From: Octopus sinensis
Lineage: Eukaryota
Reading direction: 5' to 3'
Assembly: GCF_006345805.1 (NCBI RefSeq)
Contig: NC_043015.1
Span: 50,840,001 to 50,904,000 of the forward strand
Length of the DNA stretch: 64,000 bases
A program made the position numbers and the translations under genes. The notes below the pieces were generated by a model that was not told the origin of the DNA, made no database searches, and saw only the letters and a list, made by a program, of their open reading frames with translations. Below, piece after piece: positions 26,698 to 39,745 of the stretch (within the stretch, counting starts at the first letter, position 1; each line of letters begins with the position of its first letter).

Positions 26698-28928
26698 ATA
26701 TCATCATCATCATCATCATCATTTAACGTCCGCTTTCCATGCTAGCATGGGTTGGACGGTTCAACTGGTGTCTGGGGAGCCCGAAGGCTGCACCAGGCCA
26801 GTCAGATCTGGCAGTGTTTCTACAGCTGGATGCCCTTCCTAACGCCAACCACTCCGAGAGTGTAGTGGGTGATTTTATGTGCCACCGACACAGGTGCCAG
26901 ACGAGGCTGGCGAACGGCCACGCTCGGATGGTGTTTTTATGTGCCACCGACACAGGTGCCAGACAAGGCTGGCAGACGACCACATTCGGATGGTGTTTTT
27001 TTTTTATGTGCCACCGACACAGGTGCCAGACGAGGCTGGCGAACGACCACGCTCGGATGGTGTTTTTATGTGCCACCGACACAGGTGTCAGACAAGGCTG
27101 GCAGACGACCACGCTCGGATGGTGTTTTTATGTGCCACCGACACAGGTGCCAGACGAGGCTGGCGAACGGCCACGCTCGGATGGTGTTTTTATGTGCCAC
27201 CGACACAGGTGCCAGACAAGGCTAGCAGACGACCACGCTCGGATGATGTTTTTTTATGTGCCACCGACACAAGTGCCAGACGAGGCTGGCGAACGGCCAC
27301 GCTCGGATGGTGTTTTTATGTGCCACCGACACAGGTGCCAGACAAGGCTGGCAGACGACCACGCTCGGATGGTGTTTTTTTTATGTGCCACCGACACAGG
27401 TGCCAGACGAGGCTGGCGAACGGCCACGCTCGGATGGTGTTTTTTATGTGCCACCGACACAGGTGCCAGACAAGGCTAGCAGACGACCACGCTCGGATGG
27501 TGTTTTTTTTATGTGCCACCGACACAGGAGCCAGGTTTGGCTGGCGATCGGCCACGATTGGGTGGTGATTGTTACGTGCCCACAGCATGGAGGCCAGTCA
27601 GTGCGGTACTGGCTACACCCACGTTCGGATGGTATTCTTGTGTGCCACCGGCACTGGTACCACAAAGATACAAATTCCATTGATGTTCATCTATTTTGAT
27701 TTTGTTTGATTTTCACTTGCCTCAACAGGTCTTCACAAGTGTCACAAGAAGGAAGGTATGCACAGGTGGACTGACTACGTCCTAGGTAGGGGCCACGGGT
27801 TATGGCCTGACTAGTCTTGCCGGGTCTTCTCACGCACAGCATACTTCCATAGGTCTCGGTCTCTAGTCATTTCCTTGGTGAGACCTAAAGTTCGTAGGTC
27901 GTGCTTCACCACTTCGTCCCAGGTTTTCCTGGGTCTACCTCTTCCACAGGTTCCCTCAACTGCTAGGGTGTAGCACTTTTGCACACAACTATCTTCAGCC
28001 ATTCTCGTCATATGACCATACCAGCGCAGCCGTCTCTCTTGCACACCACAACTGACGCTTCTTAGGTTCAACTTTTCTCTCAAGGTACTTACACTCTGAC
28101 GATTATGAACACTGACATTACACATCCATCGGAGCATACTGGCTTCATTTCTTGCGAGCTTACGCATATCCTCAGCAGTCACGGCCCATGTTTCACTACC
28201 ATGTAGCATGGCTGTACGTACACATGCATCATAAAGTCTGCCTTTTACTCTGAGCGAGAGGCCTTTTGTCACCAGCAGGGGTAAGAGCTCTCTAAACTTT
28301 GCCCAGGCTATTCTTACTCTAGCAGTTACACTTTCAGCACACCCACCCCCGCTACTAATTTGGTCTCCAAGGTAGCGGAAGTTATCAACTACTTCTAGTT
28401 TGTCTCCCTGGAACGTGGTAGAAGTTGGTCTCTGCACATTTCCAGTGTTTATTTCTCCTGAGCATCTGCCACATACGAAAACTATCTTCCCAGTTAGCCT
28501 ACCTTTGACATTGCTGCACCTCTTATGTGTCCATAGCTTACACTTGGTGCACCTTATAGAGTTTCTACCTACACCTTTTCTACAGATCGAGCAGGGCCAT
28601 CTACCTGAAGTCGTTTGTGGTTGGTCCACCTTCCTACTTATTAGGACTTTGGTTTTGGCTAGGTTGATTCTAAGGCCCTTCGATTCTAATCCTTGTTTCC
28701 ACACCTGAAACTTCTCCTCCAGTTCTGATAGTGACTCAGCAATTAGAGCAAGGTCATCAGCATATAGGAGCTCCCAGGGGCATCCTGTCTTAAATTCTTC
28801 CGTTATTGCCTGGAGGACTATGATAAATAGGAGGGGGCTGAGGACTGAACCTTGGTGGACCCCAACCTCTACCCGGAATTCTTCACTGTACTCGTTGCCA
28901 ACTCTACCCGGAATTCTTCACTGTACTC
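26698..28928 (-). mobile_element. 5'-truncated RTE-clade LINE, copy 1 (RT with YADD, zinc-finger insert, 3'UTR repeat array, GAT tail)
   Basis: Open frame from about 28905 to 27811: [50 protein letters not shown]; 3'UTR ends in (GAT)n at about 26700. Confidence 0.95.
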
Positions 28929-29201
28929 ATATATATATATTTATATATATGTATGTATTTGTATGTGTGTGTCTTTGTAGTTGTGTTGTCCCCACACCTG
29001 CCGCCCACTGCTTAACGACTGGTATTGGTTTGTTTACATCCCCTCAGCTTAGCAGTTTGGCAAAAACAGACCAATAGAAGTATCACCACCACCATCATCA
29101 TCATCATTATCATCACCATCATCATCATCATCATCATCATCACCATCATCACCATCATCATCATCATCATCTCCGTCATCATCATCAGCAGCAGCACCAC
29201 C

Positions 29202-29235
<34 letters not shown>

Positions 29236-30423
29236 TTATTCAGCCATTGTTTTCCATGTTGGCAAGGGTTAGACAGTTTGGCTGGAACTGGTAAGCTGAA
29301 GAGTGGCACCAGGTTCCAAGGTCCGTTTTGGCTTGGTTTCTATGGCTGGATGCCCTTCCTAATGCCAACCACTGCACAGTGTGTACCAAGTGTCATCATC
29401 AGTAGTGGCCACTATTATGATTTCACTTAGCTTGACCAGGTTTCAAAAAAAAAAAAAATTAAAGTTACCGGGATCAATTTGTGCAACTAAACACTTCAAG
29501 ACTGTGCTCCAGCATGGCCATGGTTGAAAGACTGAAACAAATAAAAGGTAGAAGATAAAGATAAATACATAAAAAAAAACCCAATCTGTGGTGAATGGAA
29601 TTGTATGAATTAGACGGAGACCCCCTTCAGTCAAGACTGACCATGGGATTGCACCTAGAAAGTTACCTTCCAAGGCACAAGTCCAGGAAAGGTTGTTTAT
29701 GGAAGACCAGCAGTTGCCCATGCATACCAGATCCCCTCTCCACGCCACCAGTGTTATCCAAGGGAAAGGCAAAGGCACCAGTGATGTTGCAACTCATTTC
29801 TACAGCTGAATGAACTGGAGCAATTCTATCGTTCTCTTTTGCTGAACCGCTAAGTTACAGAGATGTAAACACACCAAGATCAGTTGTCAAGCGATGATGG
29901 TGGGGGGACAAACACAGACACACGCACACACATACATCAGGCTGCTTTCTGTTTCTGTCTACCAAATCCACTCACAAGGCTTTGGTCAGCCCGAGGCTAT
30001 AATAGAAAACACTTGCCTAAGGTGGCACACAGGGGACTGAATCTGGAACCACATGGTTGGTAAGAAACCTACTTACTACACAGCCACTCCTGTGCCAGTG
30101 AGAGCTCCTTCAGTCATGACTGACCATGAGGTTGCACCTAGAAAGTTACCCTCCAAGGCAACAAGTCCAGGCAAGGTTGTTTATGGAAGACCAGCAGTCG
30201 TCCATACTTACCAGCCTCGCCTCACCACACCATTGATGTTACTCAAAGGAAAGGCAAAGGCTGATACAGCTTGGCACCAGTGATGTTGCAACTCATTTCT
30301 ACAGCTGAGTGAACTGGAGCAGCGTGAAATAAAGATTACAACATACAGCCTGGTCTGGGAATCGAGGTAGTGACCTCGTGACTGAGTCCAACGCTCTAAT
30401 CACTGAGTCTTGCACCTTCACTA

Positions 30424-30482
<59 letters not shown>

Positions 30483-30514
30483 ATCTATCTATCTATCTAT
30501 CTATCTATATATAT

Positions 30515-30569
<55 letters not shown>

Positions 30570-31804
30570 CTATCTATCTATGTGTGCGTGTGTGTGTATG
30601 TGTGTCTGTGTGACTCATTGCGTCACAGTACCGTTTATGTTTTCGTTTGAGGAAGGTCAGATCAGGACTGGGCCCCTAGGTCTGTGAGGCACCCGAGCAC
30701 CCGCTTAGTTTGCCCATGTCTTGAGACGGCACTGCTCCTGGTCGGGCGTGTAGTCGCTGCGTCGCGTAAGCCCTGCGAGCACCGGCACCTCCCCCTCTTC
30801 CTTTACCTTAACAACGTTGTCATATCAACAACAAACAACATGCAGTTGCCCTTTCGATCTTCTCAAGAATAATAATTCATAAAACCACAGTAATTATAAC
30901 GATCCTTGTAAATATAAAAAAATAACGAACCAACGAACTAACACAAAAGCGATCTTAATAGCTATATTTTCTTGATTAACCACTGAAGGTCGATAAAAAG
31001 CTTTTGGATCGGTGCAGGACGATGCAGTACAGGATTGCATACAAGACGATATTAACAGGTAAAAATAATTAGTAAATAATTAGTAAATAAAGAAATAATA
31101 GGTACTTGACAAGTACCGAAATAATAATAACAACAACCACAATTAAAATAGTGCCAAGTTAATATTGTTTTATTTCGTATTACTCTGTGTTTATGCTAAA
31201 AGCATAATGATAATAAAGGAACGTTTGGGCGGTAAATCGATCTGTTAGAAATAGCAGCCAAATTTTCCGTAATTTACACCTTTGAAAGGCAGCTTGCATT
31301 AAATAATGAGAGAGCGCGGAAATAAAAAAAAAAAGAGGTGATGGACACAACTGGAACGTTGTTGAATGAAGCTCTATCCAATTAGTGTTGAGTTGGAACT
31401 AATCAACCATTTTATACATACGAACTATTCGCTTGTCTGTCTACTGTCCCACCCAAGGAGTGTTTGGTTGTTAATACTCCTGGCTAAATAAAGAGGCTTC
31501 TACAGGGCCACTCAACCTGCTAGAAATAGAAATAAAATCTCCTGCAAGTTACTATTATCATAAAAAATAAGAGGGTAATTAATTAACATGATCCTCGTGT
31601 GTCCCACGACATCGATTTTGTTTCCTCATAACTATCAGAAAAAAATGCCTGTTATGGAACAATAGCATCATCAGTTTTCTGCCTCAACATCACTTTGCTT
31701 TTCAGTTCACGGAGATTTACAGAAGTTTTGATTTCTGAGAATAAAAGACTTTGCGAAGAATATTCTGAAGACGCCAGTTCTGTCCTAAACGCAAATCTTT
31801 GGAC

Positions 31805-31899
31805 ATGTGCAGCGTGTTTTTGCAGATTGGTCAAGGAGGAAACCAAATCGGACAGTCCTTTTTCGATGCTGTCGGCATCAACGCTGGAACTAATAAATG
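31805..31899 (+). CDS. Divergent tubulin (zeta/eta or delta-like), coding exon 1
   Basis: MCSVFLQIGQGGNQIGQSFFDAV matches the tubulin QxGQCGNQIG motif; in-frame TGA upstream at 31766; donor ATG|gttagt, phase 2. Confidence 0.9.
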
Positions 31900-32316
31900 G
31901 TTAGTAATTTCACTCATAATTAAGTATTTCTAACTTATTTAAGCCATCAGACATTTTAATGTTCAGCGACTTTACCAAATAGTGTCTCACTTTTTAACTT
32001 ACCCCGCCAACTAACTTTGTTAAATTATAAATTCTTTTAAAATGCATATTTCTAAATGAAATTTGATACACGTACGCTTTCGGGGGTGTATATTATGGCT
32101 ACTGGTAGCATCTTAATAAAAAGAAACTTCTTTTTCTCCTTTTGCGGAGTTTCAAATTATTACCTGCCTTCCACGCTGACTTTTGAAAATTTCAGAGCTA
32201 CGTTTTCCGTAGTGGAATACTTGATAACTCGACCATAAATAGCTTATATATATATATATATATAAGAAATATTGAATTTCTAAATCTCTCGTAGAGACAT
32301 GTACGGTGGTGGGGCG

Positions 32317-32525
32317 ATAGAATGGTTGTATACTGTCAATCTAACAAGAACGTGACAGTAGGGGGTACACCACCGCTGTATAGCCCTAGGAACCATCGAA
32401 CGCCTCCTGATGGGGAAAAATGTGTCAAAGCCATCAGGAGGCGTTCGATGCTTCTAGGGCTATACAGCGGTGGTGTACCCCCTACTGTCACGTTCTTGTT
32501 AGATTGACAGTATACAACCATTCTA

Positions 32526-32526
<1 letters not shown>
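32317..32526. mobile_element. Foldback MITE-like element (~96-bp arms, 17-nt loop), probably TA-flanked
   Basis: 32317-32413 versus 32431-32526 is nearly perfectly inverted; gives mirror-image ORFs on both strands. Confidence 0.8.
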
Positions 32527-32571
<45 letters not shown>

Positions 32572-32574
<3 letters not shown>

Positions 32575-32970
32575 TAGCAGTATCGCCCGGCGTTGCTCGG
32601 GTTTGTAAGGGAAATAACTATATAAGCATTTTTAGAGAGTTATAGCCAAAAAATAGCAGAAAATGTATTAAAAATGGAAAAAAAAATGATGGTAAATTTA
32701 TTTAAAAATCGTTGATTTATCGTAGACATTTTTAGAGAGTTACTTCCCTTATATAATAGCGAAAAAATGCATTAAAATAGAAAAAAATGATGGTAATTTT
32801 TTTTTTAAATCGTAGACTCATCGTAGACGCGCGCTAATACCCAGAAGGGCTCGATATGAATCACGACTATAAGATACCCGGTTTTGGTTAAACTGCACCG
32901 CAAAATGTGGGAGTAGTTAGGAATCTAAATTGTAGGAGACAAACACATAACCTCTCTTTTATATATAAAG

Positions 32971-32972
<2 letters not shown>
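32572..32972 (+). mobile_element. Non-autonomous Helitron-like element
   Basis: 5' TACTAGCAGTATCGCCCGGCGTTGCTCGGG with a subterminal hairpin, 3' TTTTATATATAAAGAT; the 5' end is shared with 36322. Confidence 0.6.
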
Positions 32973-33021
<49 letters not shown>

Positions 33022-33534
33022 AGATTAACATAACCGGAAACTACCTCCACGAAAACGTATCATTAGAAAATTTCATTTGAAGATATGCATTTTAAAGAGA
33101 GTTATAAAAGAAATAAAGATGAGTGGAATACAATCACACTATGTATGTATAATGTACGTATGTTTATTTAATTATCTATTATATCTAAGTAATTATGGAT
33201 TACGTTTTCATGTCGTCTGTATTTTGCCGCGTGCTTGTAAAATACGGTCTGTAATAAATAGTATTCAGTCATTTATGTAACCGGATATTAATTGGTGGTT
33301 CACCGTAACTTCATAGCAACGGGTACCTAACGACCACAAACAAAACTTATCGGTAGACTTCTTTTTAGCTCCACTGCTCACAAGCTAACGATGTGCATAA
33401 TGTCTTTGTTCTCAACTTAAATTTATTGCGAAATCGTTAATGTTTAGCAATGAAAACACACGCACGCACGCACGCAAGCACGCACACACACACACACACG
33501 CAGGGCGACGAGATATATCATATATATATATATA

Positions 33535-33948
33535 TACAGTGATACCTCGCAGTACGAGTTTAATTCGTTTCATGACCGAGCTTGTCTGTAGGCAACCCGC
33601 CTACACGTTTTACGAATTTACTCGTTTTACAAATCAGTTTTCCCCATTGAAATTAACTAAAATATAATTAATCCGTTTCAGCACCGAAAAACGACTCAAA
33701 AATAAATTTTTAAAGGGTTTTAAAAGAGAAACGGTATAGTTACAGGTAAAAGGACAATTACAAAAAAGAGAGTGCAAAAGAAATTTGTAAACTGGTTTTA
33801 TTAAGTGAATTTCCTTACAGATGAGGAGATTTGTGTGCTCGTACTGCGGATTTCCGCTCGTATTTCAAGACAAAAATTTGCACGAGTCTCGGCTCGTACA
33901 GCAAATTACTCGTATAATGGGGCACTCATACTGCAAGTTTCTGCTGTA
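33535..33948. mobile_element. Tigger/pogo-like MITE
   Basis: TA-CAGTGATACCTCG...CTG-TA termini. Confidence 0.55.
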
Positions 33949-36321
33949 TGTGTTTAGCATTATTTAATCATGCAGTTTACTAGTTTATCTGATTGAAATA
34001 TTCTTACATTCTGTTCTACAGCATATCTAGCTGCGTTTGAATTATCGAGTTCAGGCAGAAGTATGTGTGTATGTCTATGCTGTATCTCTCTGCCCTCTCT
34101 CTCGTTCTGTGTGTGTGAAAAATATACGTGCTTATGTTTCGAGTTCCGTTTTTCCTGTTTGTATCACCAAACCTATAATATATATTAGAATGTTTGGAGA
34201 TGATGTACAGGTATTGTATATTAGAAGAAATAAGGTACTCAGAAATCTGGATGGTTTTATATTTACAGATTTTTATTAATATGTCACATGTTTTTATAAA
34301 TCATATATCAGCGCTTGCATCCACTCTTGTGGATTCTTCAGATTGAATTTTTTGAGGAAATTCGTCTCATTTTATAGTATTATTGAGTGTGTAGGGGTGG
34401 AGAGAGATATAGGATAATAAAAGAGGGTTATGAATGGGGAGAAAGTGAGAGAGAGTGCGTGCGCGAGTGTGCCTTTGTATCTGAAAGGAGTGTCAATGGA
34501 AAATAGAAGGGAAGGAAGAGAGAAAGAAGAAAAAATGTGTTTACTTCTATATAGCTGGTGAGTTCTTTCAATAGAAAGGTATTCTTGGCCTTTAGAAATG
34601 GCAAAACCAGGTGGCCAAGCAACAGGATATCAAGTAGTGATGCAGTATGACTGCTTCAAGCGACTCCATTTAATTGAACAATGCAATCATTACATTAATT
34701 TAAAGTCTACTGCAACAAATTCTGTTTGACCCATGCAAGTACGGAAAAGCAGCCATTAGAGCGGTGGTGATGATGACGATGATGAGGACGACAATGGTGA
34801 CGGTGATGATGATGATGATGATGACGACGATGACGATGGTGACGATGATGATGATTACGATGACAGCAATGATGATGATCATGATGACAATAATGAAGAG
34901 AAAGATTAGGATGGTGGTGGCGATGACGATGGTGAAACTTTTTTATGATTTGTGAAAATATGTGACAGGAAAAATAAAAATAAAAAAAAATACTTAAGAC
35001 AAAATATGAAACCAGGACAGCATGAAAACTCTTTTTAGTTATAAAAACTGCAATAATCTGCAAGAGAAACCATACAGAGATTAGGATATAGCAAGTGCTA
35101 AAAACGATATACATAAAAATATATATACCTACTTACACACACATACACACAAATACATACATATATACTTACACGCACATACACACATACATACATACAT
35201 ACATACATACATACACATATGCCTACACACATAGATACATACATATACACATACATACACACACATACATACTTGCACACACATGCATACACACAAATAC
35301 ACACATACATACGCATACATACTTACACGCACATACATGCACTCACATGCACATACATACACACATACACAGATACATACACACACACATACACATACAT
35401 ACACACGTTCATACATACACACATACACATGTTCATACACACACATACATTCATTCATACATACATACATACATACACACATACATACATACACACATAC
35501 ACACACATGCACACACATGTACATACATACACATATACACACATACATACACATATGCACATGCACACATACACACATATATACATACATACATAAAACA
35601 TACATACACACCTGCACACATACATAGATACATACATACACACATACATACATACACACACATGCACACATACACATATACCCACATACATACATATTTT
35701 ATAGCATCAGTTCACCTGTAGAAATGAAAATAATGGTAAACCAGGAAATGTCACTAAAACACTGATTTACTGCAAAGACTATCACACAGGAATGCAGGAA
35801 TCAAACGAAACTGTTTTGCTTGCGGCAGAAAACATTTGATATAAAAGTGAAGTCACCAACGTAGATTAGATACCGAAAATCTGACACAGGAAATCGGACA
35901 GGAAGTGCAGCCATTTACTGTCAAAATGTCACACAGGGGTATAGTTTTTGTCTTTCTTTCTTCTTTTACGTTTTTTTTTTTGAATAATTTCAGTCATTGG
36001 ACTGTGGCCGTGCTGGGGCACTGCTTTGAAAGGGTTTTAAGAATAACTAACCACCGTCTTGAAGATATGTGTGTATGAATGTATGAATGTATGTATGTAT
36101 GTATGTATGTATGTATGTATGTATGTATGTATGTATGTGTGTGTGTGTGTGTATGTATGTGTGTATGTATGTATAGATGTATGCTTTCTATGTTTTTTGT
36201 TTTCATTTCTCATTGTGTTCAACGTTTTTTTGATGTCCTGTACCCATATATACATGTATATATACATATATATGTAGGTATGTACATACATGTATGTATA
36301 TATATGCATATATTTATATAT

Positions 36322-36682
36322 TACTAGCAGTATCGCCCGGCGTTGCTCGGGTTTGTTTCGACCCGCTGGAATTGTAATTTTGAAAAGTAAAAATTTTGTG
36401 AACATTTTTTTGGTCGAAATACACCGAAAAGTGGCGACACAGCAGTGAAAAAATCGTAAAAAATAGGGATTTTCATAGAAAAAAGCAGCTTTTTGATGTA
36501 AATAATTTTTGGTGTTAACATGGTCCGATTTGAATTTTATGTTCTACGGAAGGAAGAGCAACCCTTCTTCTATCATACTTTCAATTTTGGTCAACTTGCG
36601 CCGCAGGGTCTCGGAGGAGATAGTGTTAGTTGAAGGTTACCAAACGTGACGCACACAAACAACTTCAGCTTTATATAGAGAT
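36322..36682 (+). mobile_element. Non-autonomous Helitron-like element
   Basis: Same 5' 34 nt as 32572 but a different body; 3' TTTATATAGAGAT. Confidence 0.6.
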
Positions 36683-38270
36683 AACACACACACATTAATA
36701 CACATACATAGACACACACACACATGTATGTATGGATGTATATATGTACATCTGTCCACTTCTTGCAATATTTTTATCCTTCACTTCCTACACACACACC
36801 TTATTAGCTTACAATTTCTTTCTGTCAACAATTGACAACAGAAGTACGCTCGCCAATTAATACTACCAAAATTTAACGACAGAAAGTAAATTAAAAACCA
36901 ATTTACCTTTTCTGTATTGTTATGGCAATTCGACCGTCGGTGTGTTTTTGCAAATGTGTTCGAATGAGAAGTGAGTTGTGTTTGGCGCCTTTTTTACTAA
37001 TAACAAACACACACGTGTGTGTGTGTTGAGTGTTTGTATGTAGTTGTTTGAAACGTTTGTGTTTGTCACTGTCATATATGTATGTGTATGCGTGTGTGTG
37101 AGGAATGGCAAACCAGATAGATAGCGCACGAAGTTCTTTTGAAGTTCGCGCTCCGCTTGTGTGTGTGTGTGTGCGTGCTTTAGGTGTACGTAGGTATGTG
37201 TTTTTGTGTGTGTGTCACTGAAGCCATACATACATATATACATACATAACCTCTCTCTCTCTCTTTTCTCTCTCAGTCACTCACTACAAAAAGTGAATAA
37301 AAAAAGTTCACACAGACAGCACAACATTACTCTCTCTGTCTCTTTACACACACTAACAAAAGCACTTCACTTACACACCACACTTTCTATGTCGCACACT
37401 CCATCAAACACACACACACGCACACACACTCACGCACGCACACATGCACATCAATGCTTTCGGAGTGAAATGTTAAAATATTGAGTTTTCTCGAATTTTG
37501 TCTTAATTGGGGGTGAATTGAAAGAAATTTTGTATGGCATGACCGAATGGAAGTACTTGTAAAAATCATAGGTAAACTGTAATTGAAGAAATTGTGTGAG
37601 GAGTAAATCGTTATGTATTTATTTGTTTCTGTTTGCTGTTTTTTTTTTTTGAGTAGTGGTTTAAGTACACTTCTCTCGTTTTATATAAATACTTTCACTT
37701 TAATCGTTGCACACTTGCAAAGAGAAAGGAGAAATTAGGGTGATAGCATGAGTGAAGCATTTCGCTCCGTTTGTGTGTGTGTGTGTGTGCTGTAGCCCAC
37801 ACTAAGAAAAGCACTTCACTTACACACCACAATGTGAGTTTTCTCGAAATTTTGCTTAATTGGGGGTGAAATTTGAAAAACCGTACCTGGCACGACCCGA
37901 TGTATTCTACTCTTAAAAATGCTAGGTAAATTGTAATTGAAGAAATCCTATATTGTAGATTTCTATAAGATACAAAGGGAGGCAGATAAAATCTGCCTTT
38001 TATAATAAGAGATTTATATGTATGTATGTGTGTATGTATGTGTGTGGATGTATGTGTGTGTATGTATGTATGCATGCATGCATGTATGTTTGTGTATGTA
38101 TGTATGTATATGTGTATGTATGTGTATGTGTATGTATGTATGCATCCATGCATGCATGTATGTATGTGTGTATGTATGTATGTATATGTGTATGTATGTA
38201 TATGTGTATGTATTTATGTATGCATGTATGTATGTATATGTGTGTGTGTATGTATGTATGTATATGTAGT

Positions 38271-38648
38271 GGAGGCGCAATGGCCCAGTGGTTAGGGCAG
38301 CGGAGTCGCGGTCATAGGATCGCAGTTTCGATTCCCAGACCGGGCATTGTGAGTGTTTATTGAGCGAAAACACCTAAAAGCTCCACGAGGCTCCGGCAGG
38401 GGATGGTGGTGATCCCTGCTGTACTCTTTCACCACAACTTTCTCTCACTCTTACTTCCTGTTTCTGTTGTACCTGTATTTCAAAGGGCCGGCCTTGTCAC
38501 TCTCTGTGTCACGCTGAATATCCCCGAGAACTACGTTAAGGGTACACGTGTCTGTGGAGTGCTCAGCCACTTACACGTTAATTTCACGAGCAGGCTGTTC
38601 CGTTGATTCGGATCAACCGGAACCCTCGTCATCGTAACCGACGGAGTC
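38271..38648 (+). mobile_element. tRNA-derived SINE family B, full length
   Basis: GGAGGCGCAATGGCCCAGTGGTTAGG A box, GTTTCGATTCCC B box; other copies at 9424 and 60345. Confidence 0.8.
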
Positions 38649-39319
38649 CTTCCATGTATATGTATGTGTGTATGTATGCATATATGTATATGTGTGTGTG
38701 TGTATGTATGTATATGTATGCGTGTATGTTTATATATGTGCGTGTGTGTATGTATGTATGTATGTGTGTGCGTGTGTATGTATGTGCATATCCCGAAAGG
38801 ATGAAAAGCAAAGTCGACCTCTGCAGAATCTGAACTCAGAATGTAAAGATGGACAAAATGCCACCAAGCATTATCTCCAGCATGGTAATGATTCTGCCGG
38901 CTCCCTGCTTTATTGTCAGAGAAATATTGACATTAATGATTGGTTCTTTTATGTTTCTAACGATATTTTAATAAATTTTTCAGCATGAATTACATCTCTT
39001 ATGCCAATTAGTCAAGTGTTTAAGTTTTAACGATCGATCTTATTAATTATGTATCTAGATGAAGCTTTGTATATTTATGCAGTGAAGCAATTTGCTTTTG
39101 AGGAGACAGGGGGTGAGCTCTTATGTGGTTGATTTCACCTGCTAGAAATAGATGTCGGATCTCTTTTGGCTTAAATCTTGTTGTATAGGATGTGTTGAAT
39201 GTAATGTAGTTTGAGATCTGCTTCTATATAAAAGAGAGGAAAAAAAAAAAAGAGGCAGGATGGCCGAGTTTGGAATGTGTTTTGATGAAAGGTTTGTATG
39301 ATCAGGGTTGCCCGATGAC

Positions 39320-39745
39320 TAAAGAAGGTGAAGGAGGAGAAGAGAAGGAGGAAGAAGTGAAAAGAAGAAGAAGCAGGTAAAGAGGAGGAGGAGGAGAGAA
39401 AGGTTGAGAAGAAGAAGAAGGATGTAGAAGAACAAGAAGTGGAGGAGGAGGAGAAGAAGAAGAAGAAGAAGAAGAAGAAGAAGGATGTAGAAAAAGAAGA
39501 AGTGGAGGAGGAGGAGGAGAAGAAGAAGAAGGATGTAGAAAAAGAAGAAGTGGAGGAGGAGGAGGAGGAGAAGAAGAAGAAGGATGTAGAAAAACAAGAA
39601 GTGGAGGAGGAGGAGGAGGAGGAGGGAAAGAAAAAGAAGAAGAAGAAGAAGAAGAAGAAAAAGAAGGATGTAGAAGAAGAAGAAGAAGGCAGAGAGGAGC
39701 AAAAAGAAGAACCACAACAATTTCAACAACAGCAACAACAAAACA
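39320..39745. repeat. (GAA/GAG)n purine tract with a repeated AAGGATGTAGAA anchor
   Basis: Low-complexity tract; anchor motif seen five times. Confidence 0.9.

Noticed and set aside
26739-27699. Repetitive ORFs (MPPTQVPDEAGERPRSDGVF...) and the spacer-like periodicity
   Set aside because: RTE 3'UTR minisatellite; units are wholly repeated with no unique spacers, so it is neither protein nor CRISPR
30649-30675. GGAAGGTCAG...GACTGGGCC similarity to RNase P RNA CR-I, and GAGGAAG to U3 box C'
   Set aside because: No matching CR-V/P4 partner and no U3 boxes B, C or A nearby
31620-31665. RFX X-box-like sites (GTTTCCTCATAAC, GTTATGGAAC) upstream of the tubulin ATG
   Set aside because: Too many mismatches to the consensus to support
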